A stretch of 41,891 nucleotides of DNA from a virus (taxonomy: Duplodnaviria; Caudoviricetes). Every line of letters starts with the position of its first letter. Position 1 is the stretch's first letter. The DNA is taken from IMG/VR virus record IMGVR_UViG_3300048850_000152, positions 1 to 41,891 of that record, one strand, 5' to 3'. Below the pieces are notes generated by a model, which was not told where the DNA came from, made no database searches, and saw only the letters and a list, made by a program, of their open reading frames with translations. Below, one piece after another: positions 26,357 to 36,226 of the stretch. The translations under genes were made by a program, and so were the position numbers.

Positions 26357-28895
26357 GTGGCCGACCGCAACCTGCGCATCCGCATGCTGCTCGAGGCGAG
26401 CGACCGGGTCACCCGGCCGCTGCGCGACATCGCCGGCGGGTCGACCCGTGCCGGCCAGGCGCTCAAGATCACGCGCGACCGGCTGAAGGAGATCAACCGG
26501 GCGCAGCAGGACGTCGGCGACTTCCGCCAGCTGAAGGCGGGGCTCCGCACCACCGAACAGGCCATGCACGCCGCACAGACGCGCGTGGGCCAGCTCGCGC
26601 GCGAAATGCAGGCGACCGACAGCCCGACGAAGAAGCTGGCGGCCGACTTCGCGCGCGCCAAGCGGGAGGCGCAGCAGCTCGGGGTGCAGCACGACAGCGA
26701 AAGCCGTCGCCTGCAGGAGCTGCGGGATCGCCTGCGCGCCGCCGGCGTCGCCACCAACGATCTCGCCCGCCACGAACGCGATCTGCGCCAGCAGGCCCGC
26801 GCCACCAATGAGGAGCTGGCCGAGCAGGAACGCCGCCTGCAGGCCGCCACCGCACGCTCACAGCGCATGGCTCGCGCCCGCGATGGCTTCGGCCGCGTCC
26901 AGGGCGCAGCGGTCGGGCTTGCCGCAAGCGGCGCCTCAGGCATTGCTACGGGCATGGCGCTCGGCCGCCCGCTCACCGCCGCGATCGAGGACGCGCAGGC
27001 CTACGAATCCGTCATGACCGACATCGGCCAGAAAGCCGACCTGTCGCGCGAAGCATCCGCCCAGATGGGTCGCAACCTGCTGGTCGCCGCCGGTAAGGCC
27101 AACCAGCTGCCCGAGGCGCTGCAGCAGGGCGTCGACCTGCTCGCGGGCCGCGGCCTCGATCCGCGCCAGGCCGTGGAGATGATGACGCCGATCGGGCGCG
27201 CGGCCACCGCCTACAAGGCCGAGATCGCAGATCTCGCGTCGGCGTCCTTCGCCGCGCATGACAACCTCAAGGTGCCGCTCGAGGACACCGCCCGCATGAT
27301 CGACGTCATGGCGCAGGCGGGCAAGTCGGGCGCCTTCGAGGTCAAGGACATGGCCGCCTATTTCCCGACGCTGACGGCCGCCTATCAGGGGCTGGGCCAG
27401 ACGGGCGTCGCCGCCGGCGGCGACCTCGCGGCCGCGCTGCAGATCGTGCGGAAGGGCGCGGGCGACAGCGCGACCGCCGCCGGCAACCTCAACAACATCC
27501 TTCAGAAGATCACGTCGCCCGCCACGGTTCGCGCCTTCAAGAAGATGGGCGTCGATCTGCCCAAGTCGCTGAAGAAGCTCTACGCCGAGGGCAAGACCCC
27601 GATCGAGGCGATCTCGGAGCTGACGAACAAGACGCTCAAGGGCGACCTGTCCCAGCTTGGCTACCTGTTCGAAGATGCCCAGGTGCAGCAGGGCCTGCGC
27701 CCGCTGATCCAGAACATGGAAGAATATCGCCGGATCCGTGCCGAGGCGATGGGAGCGAAGGGCACCACCGACACCGACTTCGCGGGCCGCCTTGAGGACA
27801 GCGCCGAGAAGACGAAGCGCTGGACGATCACCAGCCAGCGGCTGTCCCGCACCCTTGGCGGCATGCTGATGCCCACCATCAACGCGCTTTCCGACAAGGC
27901 TTCCGGCTTTCTCGAGCGCGCGAACGCCTGGGCCGAGGCCAACCCCCAGCTCGCCAAGGGTGCCGCGATCGCCGCCGGCGTCCTCGCCGCCCTGTTCCTG
28001 GTGCTGGGCGGCGGCGCCATCGCGATCGCGGGCATCCTCGCGCCTTTCGCGGCGCTCACCTTCGTCGCAGGTGCCTTCAACATCGCCATGCTGCCGATGA
28101 TCGGCATCGTCGCCGCCGTCATTGCCGGGATCGCGCTGCTCGCCGGTGCCGCCTACCTGCTTTATTCGAATTGGGGCGGGATCTCGGCGTGGTTCTCTCA
28201 CCTCTGGGCGTCGGTGAAGGCGATCATTGCCAGCGCCTGGGCCGACATCGGCACCGCGTTCGACGGCGGCCTGTGGGGCGTTCTCGCCATGCTGTTCCGC
28301 TGGGGCGGTCGGCGCGGCGCCTGGGCTGTTCGGCATGCTGATGGGTGCGATCAAGGCTGTGGTCTGGAACGGGCTTCTGCTGTTGCCGCGCCTGGCGGTG
28401 CAGTTCGGCGTCAACACCGTCCGCGGCTTCGTCAGCGGCATGCGGCAGATGTTCGGGTTCCTGCGCGGCGGCATCAACGGCATGGCGCAGTCGGCCGTCG
28501 ATTGGTTCAAGGCAAAGCTCGGCATTCACTCGCCCAGTCGTGTCTTTATGGGGCTCGGCGGCCATATGATGACTGGCCTTGCCGATGGCATCGGTGAGGC
28601 GGAGCATGCCCCCATTGCGCGCCTAGAAAAGCTGTCGCGCCGAGTCGTCGGGGCCGTCTCCACGGGCCTGACCGTTCCTGCGATGGCCGCCGGCACCGCT
28701 CAGCCCCCCCCTAGCGGTGCCGGCACCTTTTCCCCCGCAGCGCCCAGCAGCGTCACCATCCAGATCTACCCGACGCCGCAGCAGTCGCCGCAGGACATCG
28801 CACGGGCGGTCGCCGCCGAGCTCGATCGCCGCGAGAGCGCCGCCCAGGCGCGCAACCGCTCCAGCTTCACCCGCTCCGAAGGCTGGGAGGAATAA
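26357..28895 (+). pseudogene. gpT: Tape measure protein gpT with a frameshift at ~28302-28305 (G4 run)
   Basis: Tape-measure sequence to ...MLFRW; the typical C-terminus (KLGIHSPSRVF...IARAVAAELDRR) is in another frame; deleting one G restores it. Confidence 0.85.
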
Positions 28896-28897
28896 CC

Positions 28898-29287
28898 ATG
28901 CTGATGGCCCTGGGCATGTTTCCCTTCGACCTGCCGCTGCTCGCCTATGACGAGCTGCAGCGCCGCACCGACTGGCGCCACGCCCGCAACCCGCGCGTCG
29001 GCGCCCGCGATGCGACGCAGTTCACCGGCCCCGGCGACGATACCATCACGCTCTCAGGCACCGCCTATGCCGAGCTGTGCGACGGTCGAGCCTCTCTCGG
29101 CGAGCTGCGCCGCATGGCCGACGCCGGCGAGGCGCGCCCGCTGGTCGACGGCGCCGGCTACATCTACGGCGCCTTCGTCATCACCGCGCTGGACGAGAAG
29201 CACAAAGCCATCCTGCCGGACGGCACGCCGCTGCGCATCGACTTCAGCCTCGATCTGCTACGCGTCGACGTGGAGGCACGGGCATGA
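28898..29287 (+). CDS. gpU: Tail protein gpU
   Basis: MLMALGMF.F, WRH..N.RVG, GPGDDTITLSG, IDFSL.L. Confidence 0.93.
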   Translation: MLMALGMFPFDLPLLAYDELQRRTDWRHARNPRVGARDATQFTGPGDDTITLSGTAYAELCDGRASLGELRRMADAGEARPLVDGAGYIYGAFVITALDEKHKAILPDGTPLRIDFSLDLLRVDVEARA

Positions 29288-30288
29288 AGCCGCGCAACAA
29301 CATCCCCGATTTCCGCGTCCACCTGGGCGATCGTGACCTCACCGATAAGCTGCGCCCGCGGTTGATGTCGCTGTCGATCACCGAAAAGCGCGGGGACGAA
29401 GCCGACCAGCTCGACCTGGTGCTCGACGACAGCCGCGGTGACATCCCGCTGCCCGCGGGCGGCGCGACGCTGCGCGTGCAGCTGGGCTGGCTGTCCGGCG
29501 CTGACGTGCAGCCCGGCCTGGTCGACAAGGGCAACTTCGTGGTGGACGAGGTCGAGCACAGCGGCCCGCCCGACATCGTCACCATCCGTGCCCATGCCGC
29601 GGACTTTACCGGCGCGCTCACCACCCGGCGCGAGCATAGCTGGCACGACACCACGCTGGGCGCCGTCGTCGCGGCGCTCGCCGGCCGCAACGGGCTCACT
29701 GCGCGCATCGCACCGCCGCTCGCCGCCATCGCAGTGCCCGCGCTTGCGCAGAGCCGGGAGAGCGACCTTGCCTTCCTGCGCCGCCTCGGCCGCCAGCACG
29801 ACGCGGTCGCCACCATCAAGCAGGGCCTGCTGATCTTCAGCCGCAAGGGCGCCGGCGTGACGCCCACCGGCGGCACGATCCCGTCGCTCATTCTCCAACG
29901 GCGCGAAGGCGACAGCCACCGCTTCCGCATCGAGAAGCGCGAGGAGGCGACCGGCATCACCGCCAGCTGGCACGACCGCAAGGGCGCCAAGCAGGAGAGC
30001 GTCACCGTCGGCGACGAGGACGGCGCTAAGCGCCTGCGCAAGGTTTACCCGAGCGAGGCGGCCGCACGCGAAGCCGCCGGCGCCGCTAAGGCACGCGCCG
30101 GCCGTCAGCCGCGTAGCCTCGAGCTGACGCTCGCCCTCGCTCGCGCCGATCTCTACCCGGAGCGCCGGCTCGCCACTTCCGGGTTTCGGCCGGAGATCGA
30201 CAACACGGCGTGGCTGTTGGAGGAGGTATCCCACAACCTGTCGAAGGACCGGGGCTACACGCTCAGCGCGAAGCTGGAGGCAGCTTGA
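29284..30288 (+). CDS. gpD: Late control / baseplate hub gpD
   Basis: RLMSL...RGDEADQLDL.LDD, VDEVEHSGPPD, QSRESDLAFL.RL. Confidence 0.94.
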   Translation: MKPRNNIPDFRVHLGDRDLTDKLRPRLMSLSITEKRGDEADQLDLVLDDSRGDIPLPAGGATLRVQLGWLSGADVQPGLVDKGNFVVDEVEHSGPPDIVTIRAHAADFTGALTTRREHSWHDTTLGAVVAALAGRNGLTARIAPPLAAIAVPALAQSRESDLAFLRRLGRQHDAVATIKQGLLIFSRKGAGVTPTGGTIPSLILQRREGDSHRFRIEKREEATGITASWHDRKGAKQESVTVGDEDGAKRLRKVYPSEAAAREAAGAAKARAGRQPRSLELTLALARADLYPERRLATSGFRPEIDNTAWLLEEVSHNLSKDRGYTLSAKLEAA

Positions 30289-30297
30289 TCCGTGACA

Positions 30298-30615
30298 TTA
30301 AGCGGGAAAGAGCCGAGCCCTCAGCACGTCACCCGTCTGCTTCGCCAGCGCACTCCAGATAGCGAATTGCACAGCAATCAACGACAGCAGCACTGCACAC
30401 ACAACAAAGGGCCAGCTCGCCCATGTTGCTATCGGCGTGGTGTTGGCCAATTCGAAGAAGCCCGGTGCGAACTTCACCAGCACATAGCCGAAGAACGCCT
30501 GTTCCAGGTACGCGGGGATCGCAATCAGACAGAGGACGAACGTGGACACCTCGCTCCACGGCTTGCCACGCCGGGAGAGCAACAGACGATTCACCTTCCG
30601 AAGCATCTGTTTCAT
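30298..30615 (-). CDS. Small membrane protein (105 aa), moron
   Basis: GAAGGGAG RBS, two hydrophobic segments; divergent from 30729. Confidence 0.6.
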   Translation of the reverse strand: MKQMLRKVNRLLLSRRGKPWSEVSTFVLCLIAIPAYLEQAFFGYVLVKFAPGFFELANTTPIATWASWPFVVCAVLLSLIAVQFAIWSALAKQTGDVLRARLFPA

Positions 30616-30728
30616 GCCGAGTCTCCCTTCGCCACGTGGCCCGAGCCGCTTTGGTTTACATTTTCCGGACCGGTTGACAAATCCTGAAAAACGCACAGGA
30701 TGCCGACGCAACTGGGGGACAAGCTGCC

Positions 30729-31328
30729 GTGCCGAAGCAATACCCGTGGGACATCCATCCGGACCTCACCGAAGAACGATTGGTGAAGGTCGCCGGCCTC
30801 ATTCGGCGCGGCCGCGAAGATGCAGTCGATCGACACGACGAAAGCATCGGCGACAACAACTGGCTGCTCGGTTGCAGCGCCTACCAGTTTGGCTGCTTCC
30901 AGATTGGCAAGGCTGCAGGGACGGACGGCTATCAATGGCTGAAGGTCATCAACCCATCGTTGGAGTTTGTTTTCCAGGTCGGTGAGTATCCTATTCGCTT
31001 CTACCGAGACGATGCGGAGGAGCTCAGTATGCGCGGACGCGCACGTGCCCACGCTGAATTGGATCAGCTCAGCCTAGCCTTCCCTGCTCGCGAGACAGCG
31101 CCCGCTTGCCGGTTTGTCATCAACACCGATGGAGAGGGCTCGCTTCTGGCGGTGAAGTTCGTCGGGTTTGAGGGCGAGATGCCCCTGATGGTATGGGACG
31201 TGCCACTTGGCGCAGAGCCAGTGAAGCTCCCGCCCGCAGCCGAAGCGCCGAGTGAAGGCGTCGAACTGCCAGCACCCGCAGTCCGCTTGCCAAGCGACGA
31301 GAAAGATCGGAAGGGCAGCGCCGCCTAA
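30729..31328 (+). CDS. Putative RosmerTA-type toxin (RmrT-like)
   Basis: 199-aa protein of unknown function immediately upstream of an HTH-ImmA/IrrE gene; TTGACA upstream at 30683. Confidence 0.55.
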   Translation: MPKQYPWDIHPDLTEERLVKVAGLIRRGREDAVDRHDESIGDNNWLLGCSAYQFGCFQIGKAAGTDGYQWLKVINPSLEFVFQVGEYPIRFYRDDAEELSMRGRARAHAELDQLSLAFPARETAPACRFVINTDGEGSLLAVKFVGFEGEMPLMVWDVPLGAEPVKLPPAAEAPSEGVELPAPAVRLPSDEKDRKGSAA

Positions 31329-31360
31329 GGCGACGCTTCGGCACGAACGATACAGGATAG

Positions 31361-32503
31361 ATGATGTGGCCTGACGACGGCTTTGCCGGCGAGCAGCTGC
31401 GACTCGCGCGGCTCGCGCATGGAATGTCCCTGGACGAGCTGGGACAGCGGGTGGCTGTCAGCCGCCAATATCTGAACCAGCTGGAGATGGGCACGAAGCC
31501 GCCCACCTCGGAGATGACGGCCGCGCTCGCTGACGTGCTCGGCGTCACGCCACGCTTCTTCGCGCCTACCGCCCGCCCGCCCGTGCACGCGGAGCAATGC
31601 CATTTCCGCAAGCAGGCGACGACGCCTGCGTCCGTGACCAGCCAGGTGCTCGCACGCGGCACCCTGCTCGATCGCTTCATTGCGCGACTGGATACGGTGC
31701 TGGAACTGCCCAAGGTTGATTTCCCGCAGATCCCCGTCTCCTCGGCCGAGGACATCGAGGCAGCGGCCGAGGCGTGCCGCCGCCACTGGGGGCTCGGCCT
31801 CAGCGGGCCGATCACAAACATGACGCGGGTCGTCGAGAATGCCGGGGCGATCGTCGCCCATTTCAGCGGTATTTCCGATCGCGTCGACGCGCTTTCGATG
31901 GACCGCCCTCGCCCGCTCATTATCCGCAGCGAGGCGAAGCCTAGCGCGTGCCGCTTGCGCTTCGACATCGCGCATGAGTGCGGGCACCTGGTCATGCATC
32001 GAGGCATTCAGACCGGAGATCGGGAGACGGAAGGCCAGGCGCATCGCTTTGCCAGCGCATTCCTGCTCCCACGCGGTGCCTTCGCCCGCGAATTCCCGAG
32101 CGGTCGTTATCTGAACTGGTCGGCGATTTTCGACCTCAAACTACGCTGGAAAGTTTCCGCCCGCGCGATCATTCGGCGCGCTTACGATCTTGGTCTCATC
32201 ACCGCCGATCGGTACCGCTCGGGCAACATCCACCTGAACCGCAATGGGCAGGCGAAAGTAGAACTGCATGACGACAACATCGTACTAGAGACACCGGAGG
32301 TGTTCACCAGCGCGTTCGCGGCGCTCGCAAGTACACGCCACGATGCTTTGCGAGACTTGGCTGAGAGTGTCGCCATGAGAGACGGTATGTTTGAGCGCCT
32401 GCTCGGGCAGCCGCTTCCAGGAACCGGCCAGACCACATACCTCGATAACGTTGTTCCGCTGTTCCGATCCCCTCCCTCGGTGCCGATCAGCACAAGCCGG
32501 TAG
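31361..32503 (+). CDS. XRE HTH + ImmA/IrrE zinc metallopeptidase (RmrA-like)
   Basis: LRLARLAHGMSLDEL...QLEMG HTH; RLRFDIAHECGHLVMH (HExxH), E.QAHRFASAFLLP. Confidence 0.9.
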   Translation: MMWPDDGFAGEQLRLARLAHGMSLDELGQRVAVSRQYLNQLEMGTKPPTSEMTAALADVLGVTPRFFAPTARPPVHAEQCHFRKQATTPASVTSQVLARGTLLDRFIARLDTVLELPKVDFPQIPVSSAEDIEAAAEACRRHWGLGLSGPITNMTRVVENAGAIVAHFSGISDRVDALSMDRPRPLIIRSEAKPSACRLRFDIAHECGHLVMHRGIQTGDRETEGQAHRFASAFLLPRGAFAREFPSGRYLNWSAIFDLKLRWKVSARAIIRRAYDLGLITADRYRSGNIHLNRNGQAKVELHDDNIVLETPEVFTSAFAALASTRHDALRDLAESVAMRDGMFERLLGQPLPGTGQTTYLDNVVPLFRSPPSVPISTSR

Positions 32504-32806
32504 TTGTCAGTTCCAGACCAAAAAGCGCAGATGAGCAGTAACTCAGCGCGGAGCTAACACTCCCTCAGCCGTCCGGATCTCCACTCGAGCGACAAGTTGC
32601 CAAGTGTCGGTGTCGCAGCGGAACGCCGGCGCAAAAGGACGTGGGAATCCAGAGCCCTTCCGGCCGCGCGCCAAGCGACCTCGCGCGGAGTGTGGCAAGG
32701 CAGCAACACCTCCCCAAAACCTTAAGCAGGTCGCAACCATATCCCGGACTTGTCATTTTATCGGGTGCGATGTACGACATCGCTCGGACCGGGAAGGAGA
32801 CAATTC

Positions 32807-33112
32807 ATGGCCGTAGAAGAGCCGGCGTCAAAAGGGGCATTTGAGTTCGAGACGCATTGCGTCCACCACCTGGCAGAAGAAAATTACAGCCTCACGGTGC
32901 GGAACGAAGTGTCTCGCAAAATGGCTTCGTTGGGAGTCAACCTCACAGACGTGCACCATGTGATGAAGCAAGGGAAGGTCATTTACAGTGGGATGCGCGA
33001 CCGCGGCAGCCTGTGGGTGGTCCGCGGTCGGTTAGTGGACGGTGGGCGGCTCGATGTCACCCTCACGTTCAACCTGAGTGAATTGCACGTCGAGTTGATC
33101 GACTTGGCTTGA
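32807..33112 (+). CDS. DUF4258/RelE-like putative toxin (101 aa)
   Basis: AAGGAG RBS; KM...GV...DV.HV...G.V........W.V.G...DG..L.V pattern; upstream of an HTH antitoxin-like gene. Confidence 0.55.
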   Translation: MAVEEPASKGAFEFETHCVHHLAEENYSLTVRNEVSRKMASLGVNLTDVHHVMKQGKVIYSGMRDRGSLWVVRGRLVDGGRLDVTLTFNLSELHVELIDLA

Positions 33113-33159
33113 TTGTTTCCGTCTCGGTCCCCTTTATTCATTTTTTGAGGATATTTATT

Positions 33160-33783
33160 ATGGCCAAGAAGCTGCATGGAGGGGCTAATACCAAAGTAGT
33201 TGACGCTTTTCACGCAGTCGACCTCGGCGCCCCGTTTAAGGTCATTCTGACCAACAGCGTGTCAGCCAGTTTCGACACAGAGACTGGCGAGATGCTCAGT
33301 TATACCATCCCGGATTTCGAGGAACTGGTGCGCTCGGTAGCGATGTCCCGGCTGACGCATGACCGTAAGCTCAGCGGCGCCGAGTTACAGTTCCTACGTA
33401 AGGCCGTAAGCGTATCGCAGGCTGAACTCGCTAGAGTCCTAGATTGCAAGGCGGACCACCTCTCAAAGGTCGAAAACGGGCGTTATCCTCTTACGACCAT
33501 GGCAGAACGGTGGGCTCGCATCTTTCTTTTCAAGAAAGCTGCCAAACTCCATAACATGGAGGATGGAAAAATGAAGAACAAAGTGCATCAACTATTAGAC
33601 CAGATGTTTCATGGTCTAAAACCCGTAGCTGTTTTTTCTGATGAGGAACTAGAGTTCAGCTTCCACTACAAACCGCGGGATGAATCATCCAGCGACAGCA
33701 TCGCTGCCAATGATGACTGGGTGGAAGCAGACGCCAATCACACTTGGAGCGACGGCCAAGAGCTACAAGCAGCGTGTGGTTAA
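33160..33783 (+). CDS. MqsA/HigA-like XRE antitoxin with acidic C-terminal tail
   Basis: GAGG RBS; LSGAELQFLRKAVSVSQAELARVL...LSKVENG HTH. Confidence 0.75.
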   Translation: MAKKLHGGANTKVVDAFHAVDLGAPFKVILTNSVSASFDTETGEMLSYTIPDFEELVRSVAMSRLTHDRKLSGAELQFLRKAVSVSQAELARVLDCKADHLSKVENGRYPLTTMAERWARIFLFKKAAKLHNMEDGKMKNKVHQLLDQMFHGLKPVAVFSDEELEFSFHYKPRDESSSDSIAANDDWVEADANHTWSDGQELQAACG

Positions 33784-33803
33784 GCTTAGAACGTCTATTG
33801 GAA

Positions 33804-33835
33804 TTCGGGAGCGCGGGTGCAACCGCGCTCCCGAA
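33804..33835. terminator. Hairpin after the toxin-antitoxin operon
   Basis: TTCGGGAGCGCGG-GTGCAA-CCGCGCTCCCGAA, 13-bp stem, no clear U-tract. Confidence 0.55.
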
Positions 33836-33951
33836 GCCCTAGCAGACCGCTGCCCCTGTTAGGGCTGTGACTCCGGCCAGAGCGAGACGTGTGATTTAGC
33901 ACGGCTAGTCGGAGGAGCAAAGCATCGGCGGCATTTCGTGAGGTAAATGTC

Positions 33952-34080
33952 ATGTCAAAGCAGAAAGTCCCGACACAAACTGCGCACCGGAGTTCAACCA
34001 GCGGGCGTTTTGTAACGCCCGCGTACGCTAAGGCGCATCCCAAAACCACCGAGCGCGAGAAAATCAAACATCCGAAATGA
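33952..34080 (+). CDS. Small basic protein (42 aa; SGRFVT..YA..HP.TT motif)
   Basis: GAGGT RBS; MSKQKVPTQTAHRSSTSGRFVTPAYAKAHPKTTEREKIKHPK (hand-translated); 10-bp hairpin at 34085-34110 follows. Confidence 0.7.
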   Translation: MSKQKVPTQTAHRSSTSGRFVTPAYAKAHPKTTEREKIKHPK

Positions 34081-34231
34081 CTCGGTCGGCCGGGCTTGTA
34101 CCCGGCCGACACATTTCGGAGTCATAGGCGGCCATACGACTTTCACAGATGCTCAGCAGGCGCTGTGGCGCCGTTTTGCAGCAGATTTCTTCGGAATTCC
34201 TCCGCGACGGCATGAAGAATTCCGCGCGACA

Positions 34232-34888
34232 TCAAAGCCGTCTACCGACGAAGGCGATGCGGCCGACGATGTTGATTTCGTCGACGGTGGCTGCATCCGG
34301 CGGAACGCTTGGGTTGTCGGATAGGATCGTAACCGTCTCCCCCCTCACCCGGAGACGCTTGATCATGCCGATTTCGCCGACGGTGAAGGCCCAGATCGAG
34401 TCCTGCTCGCGGACGGTTCGTTCCGAGCGGTCTATCAGGATTAGGTCGTCGGGGCCGATTGTTGGGGCCATCGACTCGCCGCGTCCGCGCGCCCAGGTGA
34501 GCATTGCCGGCGCGGTGTGGGTAATCGACTGGATCCACTGGCGGGGGAAGTGCTGCACCTGCTCGTCGATCGGAACGTCGGTGAACGTGCCACCCATGCC
34601 GTACGCGAGGTCGATCGAGCGGATCTCCACCAGATCCAGCTGCTCAGCCACGGCGGCTCGCGTAGGGAGCGGCGATGCTCCCTCGGCTGGATCGTCAGTC
34701 TCGCCCAAGAGGTAAGCGGTAGAGGTCTTCAGCTCGCGGGCGATGGCGTGAAGATGCCTGGAACTACGCGTTTCTCCCCGCACCAGTGCGTTGATGCTGC
34801 TCTGGCGAACAGACACCCGACGGGCGAGCTCTGCCTGAGAGATGCCCACCGCCACTAGACGTTCTTCGATACGGGCCGGGATAAGCAT
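34232..34888 (-). CDS. cI: CI-like repressor (XRE HTH + S24 peptidase)
   Basis: ISQAELARRVSVRQSSI HTH; RGESMAPT catalytic Ser and IKRL catalytic Lys. Confidence 0.92.
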   Translation of the reverse strand: MLIPARIEERLVAVGISQAELARRVSVRQSSINALVRGETRSSRHLHAIARELKTSTAYLLGETDDPAEGASPLPTRAAVAEQLDLVEIRSIDLAYGMGGTFTDVPIDEQVQHFPRQWIQSITHTAPAMLTWARGRGESMAPTIGPDDLILIDRSERTVREQDSIWAFTVGEIGMIKRLRVRGETVTILSDNPSVPPDAATVDEINIVGRIAFVGRRL

Positions 34889-34898
34889 GCCGATAGGT

Positions 34899-34963
34899 CT
34901 AACGGCGAGCCGATAGCGCGCCACACCGTTTTACCGTTTGCCTTTCTAACGTTTTGCCGTTAG
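34899..34963. promoter_or_regulatory. Three 18-bp operators of the cI/cro switch
   Basis: CTAACG-N6-CGATAG (34899), ACACCG-N6-CGTTTG (34923), CTAACG-N6-CGTTAG (34946), 23-24 bp apart; PR-like TTGCCT-N17-TAGCGC lies 7 nt before the cro ATG. Confidence 0.75.
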
Positions 34964-34973
34964 CGCAACGTGC

Positions 34974-35291
34974 ATGGGAGTAGAACGTCACATCAACACG
35001 CCGCTTGCGGCTGCTGTACGGGTGGCCGGAACGCAGTCAGCATTTGCTCGCCTCATCGGTCGCCGCCAATCGACCGTCCACGGATGGCTGCGCGACAGCA
35101 AGCATCTTCCTGCCGAGCATGTCCTCACCGTCGAACGCGCGACCGGCGTCTCCCGCCACCTGCTTCGCCCCGATCTCTATCCCGCCGAGCCCCCTGCTTC
35201 CCTCTCCGCGCCTGGGGGCTTGGTAGGCGGTGGCGCGTCGACCGTCTCGGGCGATCGACGCGCCATTTCGCCCCGCACGGTGCGGCCATGA
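34974..35291 (+). CDS. cro: Cro/YdaS-like repressor
   Basis: AGTQSAFARLIGRRQSTVHGWL...VSRHLLRPDLY; divergent from cI. Confidence 0.88.
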   Translation: MGVERHINTPLAAAVRVAGTQSAFARLIGRRQSTVHGWLRDSKHLPAEHVLTVERATGVSRHLLRPDLYPAEPPASLSAPGGLVGGGASTVSGDRRAISPRTVRP

Positions 35292-35782
35292 CCAAGCCGC
35301 GCACCCCCCTCACTATCCCGCACGCGATCACGAAGATCGTGGGCGTGCTCGGCGTACCCGCCGCGGCCAACGTCGCCGGTCGCGCGGAGCGCCGCATCTA
35401 CAAGTGGATGGACCCGGACAGCGACCTCGCGCCCAGCCTGCCCCAGGCGATCGCGCTCGACGCGGCCTATCGCGCTGCGGGCGGCGACGGCGCGCCGCTC
35501 TACGAAGTCTATGCCGAGCTGCTGGGAGAGGAAGTCGCCCAGCACGCCGCCTGCCAGCTGCGCCTTGCCGACGATCTCGCCCGCGCCTCGCGCGAGTTCG
35601 GTGAGGCCGCGGAGGCGACTATCGCCGTCATCAAGCCGAACGCCGGCGAGCGCGACGTGCACCGCGCCCTGGCGGAGGCCGAAGAGGCGCACGGCGCCAT
35701 GGGCGCGCTGATGCGGCGCCTCAGAACTTTCCTGCCGTTCGGCGCGGGGCCGAACGTCACGAAAATGGGGGGAGCCCAATGA
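35288..35782 (+). CDS. CII-like regulatory protein
   Basis: HTH-like N-terminus (IYKWMDPD), helical C-terminus, position after cro. Confidence 0.6.
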   Translation: MTKPRTPLTIPHAITKIVGVLGVPAAANVAGRAERRIYKWMDPDSDLAPSLPQAIALDAAYRAAGGDGAPLYEVYAELLGEEVAQHAACQLRLADDLARASREFGEAAEATIAVIKPNAGERDVHRALAEAEEAHGAMGALMRRLRTFLPFGAGPNVTKMGGAQ

Positions 35783-36114
35783 AGACGCCAACTGGCAAGA
35801 ACCGAATTCCCAGCATCCACTGCCCGCATTGCGGCGCGCGCTCGCTGGTCCGCACCAGCGAGCAGCTGACGCCGCTGGTGCGCGAGCTGCGCTATCGCTG
35901 TGACGATGACGATTGCGGCCACACCTTCGTGGCGCAGCTCTCGGTCATCCGCACGATCCGCCCCAGCGCCAAGCCGCGGGCCGGCATCCACCTGCCGGTC
36001 GGCAACCCCGCGCTGGGCTGCACCCGTCCACGCCACGCCAACGACGACGCGCGGGAGCCGGCGAACGACGCCGACCCTGCCTTACCGCCTACCGACGCCG
36101 CCATGAGCGGCTGA
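35779..36114 (+). CDS. ogr: Ogr/Delta-like zinc-finger late activator
   Basis: CPHCG....RTS......E.RYRC....CGHTF. Confidence 0.92.
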   Translation: MKTPTGKNRIPSIHCPHCGARSLVRTSEQLTPLVRELRYRCDDDDCGHTFVAQLSVIRTIRPSAKPRAGIHLPVGNPALGCTRPRHANDDAREPANDADPALPPTDAAMSG

Positions 36115-36226
36115 TCTGACGCGGCCTCGGGCCGCACGCTCTTCCCCGTTCCGCTCCCGCCACCCGGCCACGGCTCCCCCGCAGCCGGGAACGCCCCCCG
36201 CTTGTCTGTGAAGAAGGCCCTCCCCG

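Noticed and set aside
9544-30234. Long antisense ORFs (9544-11322, 21528-23186, 23934-25877, 26936-28525, 29164-30234)
   Set aside because: Shadow frames of high-GC genes that have clear P2 homologues on the other strand.
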